From NCBI GenBank assembly GCA_963806225.1, contig CAWDXG010000001.1:1088001-1152000 (forward strand): a stretch of DNA of 64,000 nucleotides, in the 5' to 3' direction. Source of the DNA: an uncultured delta proteobacterium. GTDB taxonomy: Bacteria > Myxococcota_A > Polyangia > Polyangiales > Polyangiaceae. Shown piece by piece: positions 28,034 to 37,759 of this stretch (positions within the stretch are counted from its first letter, which is position 1; every line of letters starts with the position of its first letter). Both the position numbers and the translations under genes were made by a program. The notes beneath the pieces are model-generated. The model worked only from the letters and a program-made list of their open reading frames with translations, was not told where the DNA came from and made no database searches.

Positions 28034-29503
28034 TCATGGCCCCGCTGGCGACGGTTCGGTATCGCGTGGCGTGTACACGCCGCTGGCGGGCTCGCCCGCG
28101 GGCTCGTCCTCCGTGGGCGCTTCCGCTGGCGTCGTCTTCCGCTCGGCGTCGCCGCTGTCTCCTGCGACCACGGCGCTCGTCTCCACTTCCCGCTCCACCG
28201 CCTGGATCACCTTCGGCGGAGCCGCGACCCACGCGCGCAGTCGCTGTCCGATGTTCTCGTAGTACTGGGGGACGAAGTCTTCGAGGCCTTCGATGAAGGT
28301 CCTCGAGCCGCTGAACTTGCCGGCGAGGTCGCGGACCATCAGCACTTCGAAGGCGACGGGGACGAGGTCGGAGTTGTCGGCTTCGAGGCAGGCGGGTTTG
28401 TCGCGGGCGTCGGCGAGGCTCCTGTGGGTGTCCGGCGCGCGGCCGGGCCAGCTGGCCTTGATGAAGACGTCCGCCGGCTCGGAGCTGGCGAGCTGTTTGA
28501 GCAGCCAATTGATGCGTGCCGACGCGCGCTTCTTGTCCTTCGGTGCGTGCAGCGACATCGAGCAGGTGAGGGTGCGGCGGCCGAGGTGCGCCGTGACCAG
28601 CAGCGGCGCGGCGGCGTCGGGGATGTCGAGCGTGGTGCAGATGCTCCGCGTCGCAACAAGCTCGTCGCAGTCGTCGCGCAGGCGCGCTGCCTGGTCGGCG
28701 ACGTGCGCGCGCGACATCTTGAGGCGCACCTCGCGGCCGAGCTTGCGGCTCATGATGAGCGACAGGTCGCGCTCTTCCTGGTGCCAGCTGGCGACCGAGT
28801 CCTCGACCTCGGGCATGTCGCGGCGCAGTGGCGCGTCGCTCTGCACCTTCAGCACCAGATCCTTCCAGCCGGAGTTCATGCGGTCGAACTGGCTGACGCC
28901 CGCGCTCTCGTGGCGGAAGTGGCGCACCACCTCGCGCAGGATGTAGCGCTGGTCGGCTGCGTCGAAGCCGTCGTCGTGCAGCAGCAGCATCGCCTGGGTG
29001 AGCACGTGCATCCACGACCAGTGGTAGACATCGAGCCCCTTGGTGAGGCCCTTCGGCAGCGGCACAGGGTGGTGCTCGGGCAGCGCGGTGAACTGGTTCG
29101 AGAGCGTGATGACCGCGTCGATGCCATTCAGGCGCGCGAGTTCGGCGTAGGCCTCGAGCTGCTCCTGGTCGACCTCGGCCTTGCCGATCTTCGCCTCGAG
29201 GATGGCGCGCCAGGTCTTCCTGCCGGTGTTGACGACGATGAGGCCGTCGGGGCGGTGCTTCACCTCGCTCGGCACATCGCGGAACACCACCTCGGTGAAG
29301 CAGCGCACCTTGGCGCGCGACCCGAGCCGCACCCCCACGCCGCCCAGCATCGCTCCCGCGAAGTCGTCCACCGCAGAGAGCGTCGCCAGGAACACCGAAG
29401 CCGCCCGCCGCTCCTTGCTCTTGTCCGCCAAGACCGGTATCAGCCGCGCCTCTTCGCCGCTCGCCACGTAGTCCGGTACGTCGGGCACAACGCTGCTCGC
29501 CAT
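28034..29503 (-). CDS. PD-(D/E)XK nuclease-fold protein
   Basis: FTEVVF...RPDGLIVV...ILEAKIG...QLEAYAELA...VITLSN; GGAGG RBS. Confidence 0.75.
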   Translation of the reverse strand: MASSVVPDVPDYVASGEEARLIPVLADKSKERRAASVFLATLSAVDDFAGAMLGGVGVRLGSRAKVRCFTEVVFRDVPSEVKHRPDGLIVVNTGRKTWRAILEAKIGKAEVDQEQLEAYAELARLNGIDAVITLSNQFTALPEHHPVPLPKGLTKGLDVYHWSWMHVLTQAMLLLHDDGFDAADQRYILREVVRHFRHESAGVSQFDRMNSGWKDLVLKVQSDAPLRRDMPEVEDSVASWHQEERDLSLIMSRKLGREVRLKMSRAHVADQAARLRDDCDELVATRSICTTLDIPDAAAPLLVTAHLGRRTLTCSMSLHAPKDKKRASARINWLLKQLASSEPADVFIKASWPGRAPDTHRSLADARDKPACLEADNSDLVPVAFEVLMVRDLAGKFSGSRTFIEGLEDFVPQYYENIGQRLRAWVAAPPKVIQAVEREVETSAVVAGDSGDAERKTTPAEAPTEDEPAGEPASGVYTPRDTEPSPAGP

Positions 29504-29688
29504 GGGATCCCTCCAGCGCCACAGCGTACGGCCGCGCGTGGGTCGCATGGAAGACAATTCCTGGCATTCCTGACCGGCGTCAGCCCTCGCAGAACGTCCA
29601 GCTGTTTCCAGGCGGCTTCGGGCCCCCGGCTGGGCGCGAGCTCGGCCTTGGCGCTCCAGGTAGGGCAGGGGCCGCGACGCGCGACGGC

Positions 29689-30138
29689 GTGGTAGCCTTC
29701 CGCGTGGCTCGGCAGAAGAAGTTGATCCTGCTCTGGCTGCTCTGCGCGGTGCCGGCGACGGCGCTCGGGGGTGCGGTGGCGGCCGTCGTGATCTACGCCG
29801 TCGTGCGGTCGAACGGATTCTTCTCTCTCCCCCTGCCCGAGGACGCGCTCCTCGGCGGCATCTACGGCGCGGGCTGGGCGGTGTGCATTGCGCTGCCGCA
29901 TTGGCTGGTGGTGTCGGCGTGGGTCAAGCTGGTTGGCAGCTCGGAGCGCACGCGTGCCGCTCTACTTGTCGGCATGCTCGTCTGCGCGCTGCCGCAGGCC
30001 GTGGCGGCGACCGTAGCCACGCATACGACCGTGTTCCTACCCGCATGGCTCGCGGTCGCGTTCGGCCTGTGGCTACCGCGCGCTGTGGTTCCGCGTCTTC
30101 GTCCAGGGGCGTTCGCGGCGGAGCGTGCCGTCGCGTAG
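29689..30138 (+). CDS. Small multi-pass membrane protein
   Basis: About four hydrophobic segments. Confidence 0.65.
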   Translation: MVAFRVARQKKLILLWLLCAVPATALGGAVAAVVIYAVVRSNGFFSLPLPEDALLGGIYGAGWAVCIALPHWLVVSAWVKLVGSSERTRAALLVGMLVCALPQAVAATVATHTTVFLPAWLAVAFGLWLPRAVVPRLRPGAFAAERAVA

Positions 30139-30177
30139 CGACGCCCCACGTGGGGGGCAGCCCATCGCGTGAGCCCG

Positions 30178-31065
30178 TCAGTCCCCGGGCGTGCGCTCGC
30201 GGATGCGCCGTGCCGCCCCGCGTCGACGCTCGAGCCCGCACGCGCCGAGCGCGGCCGCGAGGAGCAGCCAGGGCGCACCGGGCGCGTCGGGGCGTGAGCC
30301 GATGCTGCACCCTCCGCCCTTGGCCGGCACGGTGCTGCCTCGCGACAGCGACGACTGGGGGAGGGGAGCGCCTCCGATGCTGCACGCACCCCAGTCCTGC
30401 CACTGGCCGTCGCTGCCGCAGGTGCGCTCCTGGACGGCTCCCGGACCGCAGTCGATCCGGTCGACCTGAGCGGCGGTGCAGGGGCCTGATGAGCCAGGGG
30501 TCGACCCGGCATCCGCAGAGCTCGGCGCAACGAGCTTGATCGCGTCGAAGGCGATGTTCTTGCCCTGCTGGGCGGGGTCGGAGAAGTTGTCGCCGAGCCG
30601 CATCCACTGGTCGGCACCCGACGCGAACGAGAACGAGCCGAGCTTGAACCAGTCGCCGGCGTGGGCGGCTTGATCCACGGGCACCTTCTGCGTCGCCTCG
30701 CCGGCGAATTGCACCTTGTAGATGACCTCGTCGGAGAGGTTCGTCACGCTGCCCGGGATGTACGCCCAGACCTCGTAGCTTCCGGCCTGGGAGAAATCGA
30801 ACTTCCAGATGAGGCCCTGGGCGTAGTTCGGCGAAGGAACGTCCTGGGGCGTGGAGTACGCATGGCCGCCGTGACCGGTCGTGTCCACGAGCCCGCTGGC
30901 ACCGACCTGCTGACTGCAGGAATCGTCTTCTTCCAGAATCGTCTCGCCCGACGGGGCGACCGCGCACTGCGCGCGGGCCCGCTCGCCGAGCAGGACCACG
31001 CACGTCAGCGCGGCGGCGCCGATCAGCGTGCGCTGGGCGCGACCGCGACGCTTCAGAAGACGCAT
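30178..31065 (-). CDS. Secreted golvesin-like/CBM-like domain protein with MYXO-CTERM-type tail
   Basis: AGSYEVWAYIP...WFKLGSFSF...IAFDAIKL; tail GGGCSIG...WLLLAAALG...RRR. Confidence 0.75.
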   Translation of the reverse strand: MRLLKRRGRAQRTLIGAAALTCVVLLGERARAQCAVAPSGETILEEDDSCSQQVGASGLVDTTGHGGHAYSTPQDVPSPNYAQGLIWKFDFSQAGSYEVWAYIPGSVTNLSDEVIYKVQFAGEATQKVPVDQAAHAGDWFKLGSFSFASGADQWMRLGDNFSDPAQQGKNIAFDAIKLVAPSSADAGSTPGSSGPCTAAQVDRIDCGPGAVQERTCGSDGQWQDWGACSIGGAPLPQSSLSRGSTVPAKGGGCSIGSRPDAPGAPWLLLAAALGACGLERRRGAARRIRERTPGD

Positions 31066-32891
31066 GACTGTCCCGGCGGCGTTCCGCAACAGAAGCCTGG
31101 CCCGCAGTGGTTGCTGCAACAGTCGGAGCCGGTAGTGCAGGCGTCGCCCGGCTGCGCACACGTCGAGCACTGATCGTCGTTGCCGGAGACGACCACGCAA
31201 CCGGAGGGGCAGGACTGCTGGGACGCCAGTTTTCCCACGACGCACGTGTACAGCGTGTCCAGACTGCCGTAGTTCAGCGCGCTGCCGCAGTACACGCCAT
31301 CCTTGCCGGCGCAGGGTCCCGTACCGGTCAGGCCGCCGCTGCCCGAGGTCCCGCCGCTGCCTCCGGCGCCGCCGGCCCCGCCCGCGCCCCCGGCCCCGCC
31401 CGCGCCGCCGGCCCCGCTCGCGCCGGCGCAGTAGCCGAAGCCGAAGGGGGCCGCGCCCGACCAGGGCGAGAACTTGCCGAGGCCAAACGTCTTGTCGAAC
31501 AGCGCCACGTGCGCTTCGGCGAGCTTGTAGTCCAGGCCAAGCTTCGGCACGAAGATCCCGAGCTTGGCCCCCGCGCCGGCCTCGAGGGTCGTGGACATGT
31601 CGACGTCGGTGCTGACCGTGGGCGAGCTGCTGCTCGGGTCGCACGTGACCGAAGCAGAAGCGCCCACCTTCTCTTCGGCCTTCACGTATACGTACGGCCC
31701 TGCGAGTCCATAGAAGATGAGCGAGAAGGTGGGCTCGATGGCACAGCTTGCCTCTGCCTTCAGCGCTCCGGTCAACGTCGGCCCGATGGGCTGCGTGTCG
31801 ACCTGGCGCTCGGCGATGGGCGACCAGCCTTCGTTCTTGCCGTCCTTCTGGTAGTGGACTCCGAGCTTCACGGTGGAGGTCTGCTTGAAGCCGGCCTTGG
31901 CCGTGACGCTGCCCTTGAAGGTGAATTTGCAGCTCAGGCCCAGATCGAACTGCAGCTGCGACACGACGGGTATGGGGATGGGCGTGGCGGGGATCCACAA
32001 TGTCGGCAGGTTCACCTCGGCCTTGGCCACCTTGGCATCGAGCGACGGGAGCGGTCCGCCCTGGGTGAATGCCTCGAGCGCAGCCTCGAAGGCCTTCTGC
32101 TCGGCGTCGGTGGCTTTTCCGAAGTCGGCCGACGCCGTGAACCCGGTGTCGAAGGTGAGCTCGGTCGAGAGCTCTGTTTCGAGCTTTCCTTCGAGATAGG
32201 TCTTGAACTCCTGCACCTTGCCGTTCTTGATCTTCAGCGCGAAGCCGACGTCGGGCACGAATGCGACGTAGCCCTTGCCTATCGAGGCTTGCGCCTTGAC
32301 GAAGAACTGGCCCGATACCGGCGCGCCCTTGTTCATGAAGGAATGGCTCGGGCTCTTCGCTTCAATCGGACCGAGCGTCCACCCCGAGAAGTCGAGCTTG
32401 TTCAAGGCGCTCTGGACCGAATCGGCGCTCACGTGGCTGGTCTGGACCTGCGTCGTGCCCGGGGCGTGGTGGGTCTGGACCTGCGTCGTGGTGCCAGACG
32501 AAAGGTGCAGCACACTGGAGACCTGGCCATCGAGGATCACGTCGGTCAGCGCCGCCTGCTTGGTCGTCACGACGATGTTGCCGCCCGACTCTGTTACCGA
32601 CACCACGCGACGCAGGAACCCGCTGGTGTTGGTACCGTTCAAGCTCGCGGCGGATTCCCTGTCTCCGATCAGGAGATCACCCGGGACACGCTCGAGGACG
32701 TCCGGATGGGTCGCCTTCGGAAAGATCAGCCGCGTCGCCTCCACAGTGACGTCGTCGACGTTGCCGATGACGTGGGTCTCGGGGCTGATGCTGACGGTCT
32801 GCTTCGCTGCGGGCTTGGAGTCGGAGCCCGAGCACGCGGTCACCAGGGCCACCGCCATCACGACTCTGCCCCAACGACTCCTCCCGCCCAT
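31053..32891 (-). CDS. Large lipoprotein: beta-rich body, Gly linker, Cys-rich C-terminus
   Basis: Lipobox VTAC; GFLRRVVSV...QAALTDVI; CAGKDGVYCG; overlaps the downstream gene start. Confidence 0.8.
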   Translation of the reverse strand: MGGRSRWGRVVMAVALVTACSGSDSKPAAKQTVSISPETHVIGNVDDVTVEATRLIFPKATHPDVLERVPGDLLIGDRESAASLNGTNTSGFLRRVVSVTESGGNIVVTTKQAALTDVILDGQVSSVLHLSSGTTTQVQTHHAPGTTQVQTSHVSADSVQSALNKLDFSGWTLGPIEAKSPSHSFMNKGAPVSGQFFVKAQASIGKGYVAFVPDVGFALKIKNGKVQEFKTYLEGKLETELSTELTFDTGFTASADFGKATDAEQKAFEAALEAFTQGGPLPSLDAKVAKAEVNLPTLWIPATPIPIPVVSQLQFDLGLSCKFTFKGSVTAKAGFKQTSTVKLGVHYQKDGKNEGWSPIAERQVDTQPIGPTLTGALKAEASCAIEPTFSLIFYGLAGPYVYVKAEEKVGASASVTCDPSSSSPTVSTDVDMSTTLEAGAGAKLGIFVPKLGLDYKLAEAHVALFDKTFGLGKFSPWSGAAPFGFGYCAGASGAGGAGGAGGAGGAGGAGGSGGTSGSGGLTGTGPCAGKDGVYCGSALNYGSLDTLYTCVVGKLASQQSCPSGCVVVSGNDDQCSTCAQPGDACTTGSDCCSNHCGPGFCCGTPPGQSCVF

Positions 32892-32979
32892 CGCCCCAGT
32901 ATGCCAGAGATCCCGCTCCAGCGCAGCATGCGCGCTGGGCAGACACGGGTCCGTTGTGCGCACGTGATAGCTTGGCGGC

Positions 32980-33201
32980 GTGGCGGGACGGTCGGAAACC
33001 GGCTTGATACTGCTGTGGCTCTTCTGCACGGTGCCCGGGACAGCGCTTGGCGGCGCTGCGGCGGCCGCGCTCGCGCCGTCGGGCGCGGTCGCGTTCGGCG
33101 TGTGGCTGCCGCGGGCGGTCTTTCCCGGTCTCGGTCCAGGCGCGTTCGCGGCGCAGAGCGAGCACGGCGCAGCGCCGCCCGCTGGCCCGCGCGAGCGGTA
33201 G
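32980..33201 (+). pseudogene. Internally deleted paralog of the 29689-30138 membrane protein
   Basis: Keeps LILLWL.C.VP.TALGGA and AVAFG.WLPRAV.P.L.PGAFAA ends; the middle is missing. Confidence 0.75.
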
Positions 33202-33387
33202 CGCCCAGCTGACGACCCTGCCAGACGACCTCCGCCCGGCCGCGCGCCGGAAGACGGTGCGGAGGTGCGTAGCCATGTCGGCTTCTGTGGGGAACCGCGC
33301 GCAGGCTCGGGGGGGAAGGCCGCGCCCAGCGGGCGGGCGTGCCGCGAGCGGCTGTCGTGTAGCGCTTTCCTGGTGTAGCGTCGGGGC

Positions 33388-34140
33388 ATGCGGCTCGGGG
33401 TTTGCGTGCTGGTCGGGTTGTGGCTTGCGGCGTGTTCGAGTGGAAGCAGTGGGAGGGGCGGGCCAACGGGAAATCTCCTCTTCGAGGCGTGCGGGAAGCC
33501 GTCCGACTGCCAGAGCGGGATGTGCCTGAAGGACGAGCAGGGCTACATGGCCTGCACCCAGCCGTGCGACAGCGACGCCCAGTGCACTCGCCCCGGTGGC
33601 TACACGGGCGTGTGCCGCACGTTTGGGAGCAACGGCAAGCTCTGCGCCTCGCACTGCAGCACGCCGAAGGGCTGGACGTGCATCGACGACACGCCGGTGA
33701 AGTGCTCGGTCGCCGGCGAGAAGGCGTGCCTGGACTGCGGCTGCCCGGACGGCGACTACTGCGCAGTGGACCACTGCGTGCCCAAGGGGAAGTTGTCCGA
33801 TGCCTGCGAATACGACAGCGAGTGCCTCTCGGGAAACTGCAGCCCAGGGCCGGGTTTCCTGGGACGGGAGTGCCTCGCGAAGTTCGCAGGCGCGTGCACG
33901 AACCAGAACTGCGACATCTGCATCAACGGCAACTTCTGCACGCGACACTGCGACGGCCCGTACCCGTACGAATGTCCGGGCAACAGCCAGTGCCTCCATT
34001 CGCTCACGGTCGCGACGGGCCAGTGCGAGCTGCTCTGCGATGGCCGCCAGGGGCCGGATCAGGCAACCTGCGATCCCTACGGCTTTTCCTGCGTCGCGAC
34101 CAGCGACTCGATCCCGTTGTGGTACTGCGAGACGCCGTAG
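33388..34140 (+). CDS. Cys-rich lipoprotein
   Basis: Lipobox LAAC; dense Cys repeats. Confidence 0.85.
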   Translation: MRLGVCVLVGLWLAACSSGSSGRGGPTGNLLFEACGKPSDCQSGMCLKDEQGYMACTQPCDSDAQCTRPGGYTGVCRTFGSNGKLCASHCSTPKGWTCIDDTPVKCSVAGEKACLDCGCPDGDYCAVDHCVPKGKLSDACEYDSECLSGNCSPGPGFLGRECLAKFAGACTNQNCDICINGNFCTRHCDGPYPYECPGNSQCLHSLTVATGQCELLCDGRQGPDQATCDPYGFSCVATSDSIPLWYCETP

Positions 34141-34192
34141 GGGCCGGAAAATAGTCCGCAACCGGCGGGGGCATGCGACCGATTACAGGGGC

Positions 34193-34810
34193 ATGCACTA
34201 CAGATTGCACGATCGTGGTCGTCCGCTCGCCCCGGTATCCGCACGCGCAAACAGGGTACGCGCTCCCCGGATCCTGCGCGTCGCCGCAGGCGCCGTGCTG
34301 TCCTTCTGCCTGACGGGCTGCCTGGTTGCCCCCGGCGGAGGCAGCGGCGGTGCCGGCGGCGGTGGCAGCGCGACAACCTGCTCGGAGACGCGCTGCGACG
34401 GAGAACGCTCCCAGTGCGTCGATTGGGTTGGTCTCGACTCCCAGGACTGCGAGGACAACTGTTCTGGATCGGACGACATCCTGGGCTGTCTGCAGAGCTG
34501 CTACGATCTCCGGGACGCGAGGGTCGTGTCCTGGTGCGATGCAGACTTCGACACCTGCACGGCGTCCGCCAAGGTGAACGAGTGCTGGGACGACAGCGAT
34601 CCGCAAGGCAAGTGTGTGGGAACGAGCGAAATCTCGTGCGCGGACGTTGGCGACCAGAGCGCGTGCGACACGGTTCCCGGATGCCAAGCGTCCGGCACAT
34701 ACGATGAATACCTCGGCATGACCTTCTGGTCCTGCGAAGGCAAGCCAGCCGCATGCTCCGACATGAAAGACGCCAAGAGCTGTCGCGCGCTTCGCTGCAC
34801 GTGGCAGTGA
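34193..34810 (+). CDS. Cys-rich lipoprotein
   Basis: Lipobox LTGC; Cys-rich; start uncertain. Confidence 0.7.
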   Translation: MHYRLHDRGRPLAPVSARANRVRAPRILRVAAGAVLSFCLTGCLVAPGGGSGGAGGGGSATTCSETRCDGERSQCVDWVGLDSQDCEDNCSGSDDILGCLQSCYDLRDARVVSWCDADFDTCTASAKVNECWDDSDPQGKCVGTSEISCADVGDQSACDTVPGCQASGTYDEYLGMTFWSCEGKPAACSDMKDAKSCRALRCTWQ

Positions 34811-34867
34811 GCTCCCAAAAGCCCACCGGGGTCTACGACTGGAGCTTCCGCGTGGGCGGCGCTGTCG

Positions 34868-36046
34868 TCATCCGTTCGCGGGGGCGGCGCGCTGCATGAA
34901 AGGGCGGCCGAAGTCGTGCTCGGCGGCGAGCGCGTTGTGGGCCCGGCAGCGCAAGTGGAGGTTCGATGCGGTGGCGGGTCCGCCGCGGGCGAAGGGGAGC
35001 TCGTGGTGGAGCTCGAGGAACGCGGTCTCGCGACAGCGCTCTCCGGACGGCGCGACGTAGGTGCAGCGTGCGCCGTCGCGTTCGCGGACAGCGCGGCGGA
35101 CCGCGGCGGGGATGGAGCGGCTGTTCGGGGCACCGCGCTGGCGCGGCGTCTCTTCGTTACCGCGCTGGCGCGGGGGAGCGTCGGGGCGGCGGGCGTACTT
35201 CTTCTTTTCGAGTTCTGCGACGAGCAAGCGGAGGGCACGCAGGTGGACCTCTTCGATGGAGCGATCGGGGATGGCGTGGGAGAGGAGGTCGCAGGCGCGT
35301 TCGAGCAGGTCGACGTATTCCTGCGACGCGGTGAACTGGACCTTGTAGCGCTGCGGGGGGAGCGGCGCGGGTGGACAGGGGCTTTCGCCGGCGTCCTCCG
35401 GTGCGTCGGCGCCCGCCGTGGCGCTCGCGACTTCCGGGGCCGTCGTGGTGTTGCCTGCCTCCGCGCCGTCGTCCATCCAGTCCCGCGGACGGGCGCCAGG
35501 CTCGAGCTCGCGCACCGGATTGAAGGAGGCGACGAGCTCGCTCCACGTGGGACTGCGCGGCGTGGCGATGCGGGGCTCGGGACCGAGCGGCTCGATGCGT
35601 GCGGGAACGGCGGGCAGCGGATCCAGCATGCGGACGAGCTTCTGGATCTCGCGCTTGGTGCGGTGCCTGGCACGGGCGAGGACGTTGGCGAGGTTGTCGT
35701 CGGTGAGGTGCGGGCCGAGCAGGAGCAGGCCTGTCAGGTGCAGCTCGCCGGCGGCGACGTGTTCGTAGAGTGCCGGGAAGCGCCGGCAGAAGCTCGCGGC
35801 CTTGGCGCGGCGGAAGGCGGCGTCCTCGGACATGCGGAGCTCGTAGACGCAGTAGGTGTACAGGCTCGAGCAGGCCCGCGTGCGGTGGATGCCGCGCGCT
35901 TCGACCTCGGCGAGGTGGGCGAGCAGCGCAGCGAGGGCCTGGTTGGTGCGTCCGACGAGCTGGCGGGTGCCGGCGAGGAGCGCGTCGTCGCCGAGAGCTC
36001 CGAGGCCGTAGGGATCGAGTTGGAGAGTCGCTGTTTCCGCATTCAT
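34868..36046 (-). CDS. HNH endonuclease with long helical N-terminal domain (DUF222-like)
   Basis: VRERDGARCTY...RC...LELHHELPFARGG....NLHLRCRAHN. Confidence 0.88.
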   Translation of the reverse strand: MNAETATLQLDPYGLGALGDDALLAGTRQLVGRTNQALAALLAHLAEVEARGIHRTRACSSLYTYCVYELRMSEDAAFRRAKAASFCRRFPALYEHVAAGELHLTGLLLLGPHLTDDNLANVLARARHRTKREIQKLVRMLDPLPAVPARIEPLGPEPRIATPRSPTWSELVASFNPVRELEPGARPRDWMDDGAEAGNTTTAPEVASATAGADAPEDAGESPCPPAPLPPQRYKVQFTASQEYVDLLERACDLLSHAIPDRSIEEVHLRALRLLVAELEKKKYARRPDAPPRQRGNEETPRQRGAPNSRSIPAAVRRAVRERDGARCTYVAPSGERCRETAFLELHHELPFARGGPATASNLHLRCRAHNALAAEHDFGRPFMQRAAPANG

Positions 36047-36223
36047 GTGCGCAGCCTACACCCGGTTCTGGAGGGCTCGCTGTTGCCTCGTAGGCACGGT
36101 TTCCAGCGGCAGGCGGCTCGAAACGCATCCGGATCCGGAAACGCGGCGAGCGCGTCGCTCGTCGCGATACGGAGGCGTGATTGCGGAAAGGAGCGGAGTC
36201 GTGATTGCGACTCGTAGAATAGC

Positions 36224-36613
36224 TGTCAAGGAAATTCAGCGGTTCAGACCGGGTACAGGGGACATGGGCAACACCTTCACTCGAGGTCGTGCGATGCGGG
36301 GCCATGCCGTCGAAGGAAACCAGTCCCCATCCGCACGCCGTGAGCGCCGAAATCATCGACCTCATCGTGCAGGCCCGACGACGGCATCCACGGTGGGGAC
36401 CCCGGAAGCTGCTTGTCGTTGCAAAGCGGCAGAATCCTCGTGCCGCATTGCCAGCAGCAAGCACCGTCGGCGAGATTCTGAGGAAGCGAGGGCTGGTTGG
36501 AAAGCCACTGCGTGTCCGTCGAAGTGACCCGTACGGTGAGCGGCTACGATGCTCCGAACGCCATCTGGTGTGCAGACTTCAAGGGACACTTCGCCGTCGG
36601 AGGCCAACGCTGC
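36224..36613 (+). mobile_element. IS481-family insertion sequence remnant (left end plus deleted transposase)
   Basis: TGT-starting end TGTCAAGG...GGGGACATGGGCAACA; MPSKET, HPRWGPRKL, PAASTVGEIL; frameshifted APNAIWCADFKG; the rest of the DDE domain is absent. Confidence 0.8.
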
Positions 36614-36653
36614 ACAACCCACTGCTCTTGCGACGTTCTCGGTTCACCCGCGA

Positions 36654-36739
36654 CGCCACCGCGCCGGCGCGTCCGCGCCGCGACGCCACGCCGCCACCGC
36701 GCCGGCGCGTCAGCGCTGCCACGCCACCGCGCCGGCGCG
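36654..36739 (+). repeat. Three copies of an 18-bp GC-rich unit with variable spacers
   Basis: CGCCACCGCGCCGGCGCG at 36654, 36692 and 36722. Confidence 0.7.
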
Positions 36740-36772
36740 GGCCCGTCCACGCCGCGACGTCACCGCGCGTGC

Positions 36773-37108
36773 TCAGGCTTTCGTCTCTAGAGTGCGCGAG
36801 AGCGTCGCGTACCCGGCGCGCTCGTAGAGGCGGCGGGCGGCTTCGTTGTGTTCCCAGACGTGGAGGCGGACGGTGTGGAAGCCGTGCTCGGCGGACCAGC
36901 TGCGCGCGTGCTGCAGCAATTGCGTGGCGACGCCCTGGCGGCGGTGCGCGGGGGCGACGGCGAGGAAGTGGATGAAAGCGTGCTGGTCGGCGCGGCGGCC
37001 GAGCGCGGCGGGGAGGCGCACTTCTTCCAGCGTGAGGACGCCTGCTACGTCGTCGCCGCGCGTGGCGACGAAAGCGCGCTGTTCGGCTGCCTCGAGGGGC
37101 GCGGGCAT
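36773..37108 (-). CDS. GNAT N-acetyltransferase (possibly N-terminally short)
   Basis: LAVAPAHRRQGVATQLL and NEAARRLYERAGY. Confidence 0.8.
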   Translation of the reverse strand: MPAPLEAAEQRAFVATRGDDVAGVLTLEEVRLPAALGRRADQHAFIHFLAVAPAHRRQGVATQLLQHARSWSAEHGFHTVRLHVWEHNEAARRLYERAGYATLSRTLETKA

Positions 37109-37117
37109 ATCGCCGCG

Positions 37118-37759
37118 CTACCCGCGCGCGCGCCGCGCTCTGAGCACGGTGTCGTGGACGGTGACGGGCTGGCTGTCGGAGTTGTTCTGGGTGCGGGCGC
37201 GGGCGGCGCTGGTCTCGACGGTCCAGCTATCGCCGAGCAGCTCCGCGATGTCGTCGGCCGTGTAGTAGAGGTCCGGATCGGGCGGACGCTTGACGCCGCT
37301 TTCGAGGTCGGAGGGGTGGTGGGCGACGATGAGCAGCGTGCCGTCGGCGCGCACGGCGGCGGCGAGGCCGCGGAACAGCATCGCGCGCGGTCCGCTCGGC
37401 AGGTGCATGAACTGCACGTTCACGAGATCGAAGGTGTCGGGCGGGGGAGGGGACTGGATGAGATCGGCCTGCTGCCAGCTGATGCGCTCGGCGGCTCCGG
37501 GCGCGGTCTCGCGGGTGTGGGCGGCGGCGCGGTCGAGCGCGACCTGTGAGATGTCCATGCCGACAACGTCCCAGCCGCGCTCGGCTAGCCAGATGGCGTC
37601 GGCGCCCTCGCCGCAGCCGACATCGAGCGCGCGCCCCGGCGAAAGCCCCTCGACCTCCGCCACGAGCTGCGGATTCGGGTTGCCGCTCCAGATCCGCTTT
37701 GAAGATCGATACCGCTCGTCCCAGAAATCCGCGCCGCGCACGGGCGTGTCGTTTGCCAT
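37118..37759 (-). CDS. Class I SAM-dependent methyltransferase
   Basis: FWDERY, ALDVGCGEGAD, FDLV. Confidence 0.9.
   Translation of the reverse strand: MANDTPVRGADFWDERYRSSKRIWSGNPNPQLVAEVEGLSPGRALDVGCGEGADAIWLAERGWDVVGMDISQVALDRAAAHTRETAPGAAERISWQQADLIQSPPPPDTFDLVNVQFMHLPSGPRAMLFRGLAAAVRADGTLLIVAHHPSDLESGVKRPPDPDLYYTADDIAELLGDSWTVETSAARARTQNNSDSQPVTVHDTVLRARRARG

Noticed and set aside
36654..36770. Possible mini CRISPR array
   Set aside because: Repeats are only 18 bp, spacers are short, uneven and self-similar, and there are no cas genes.
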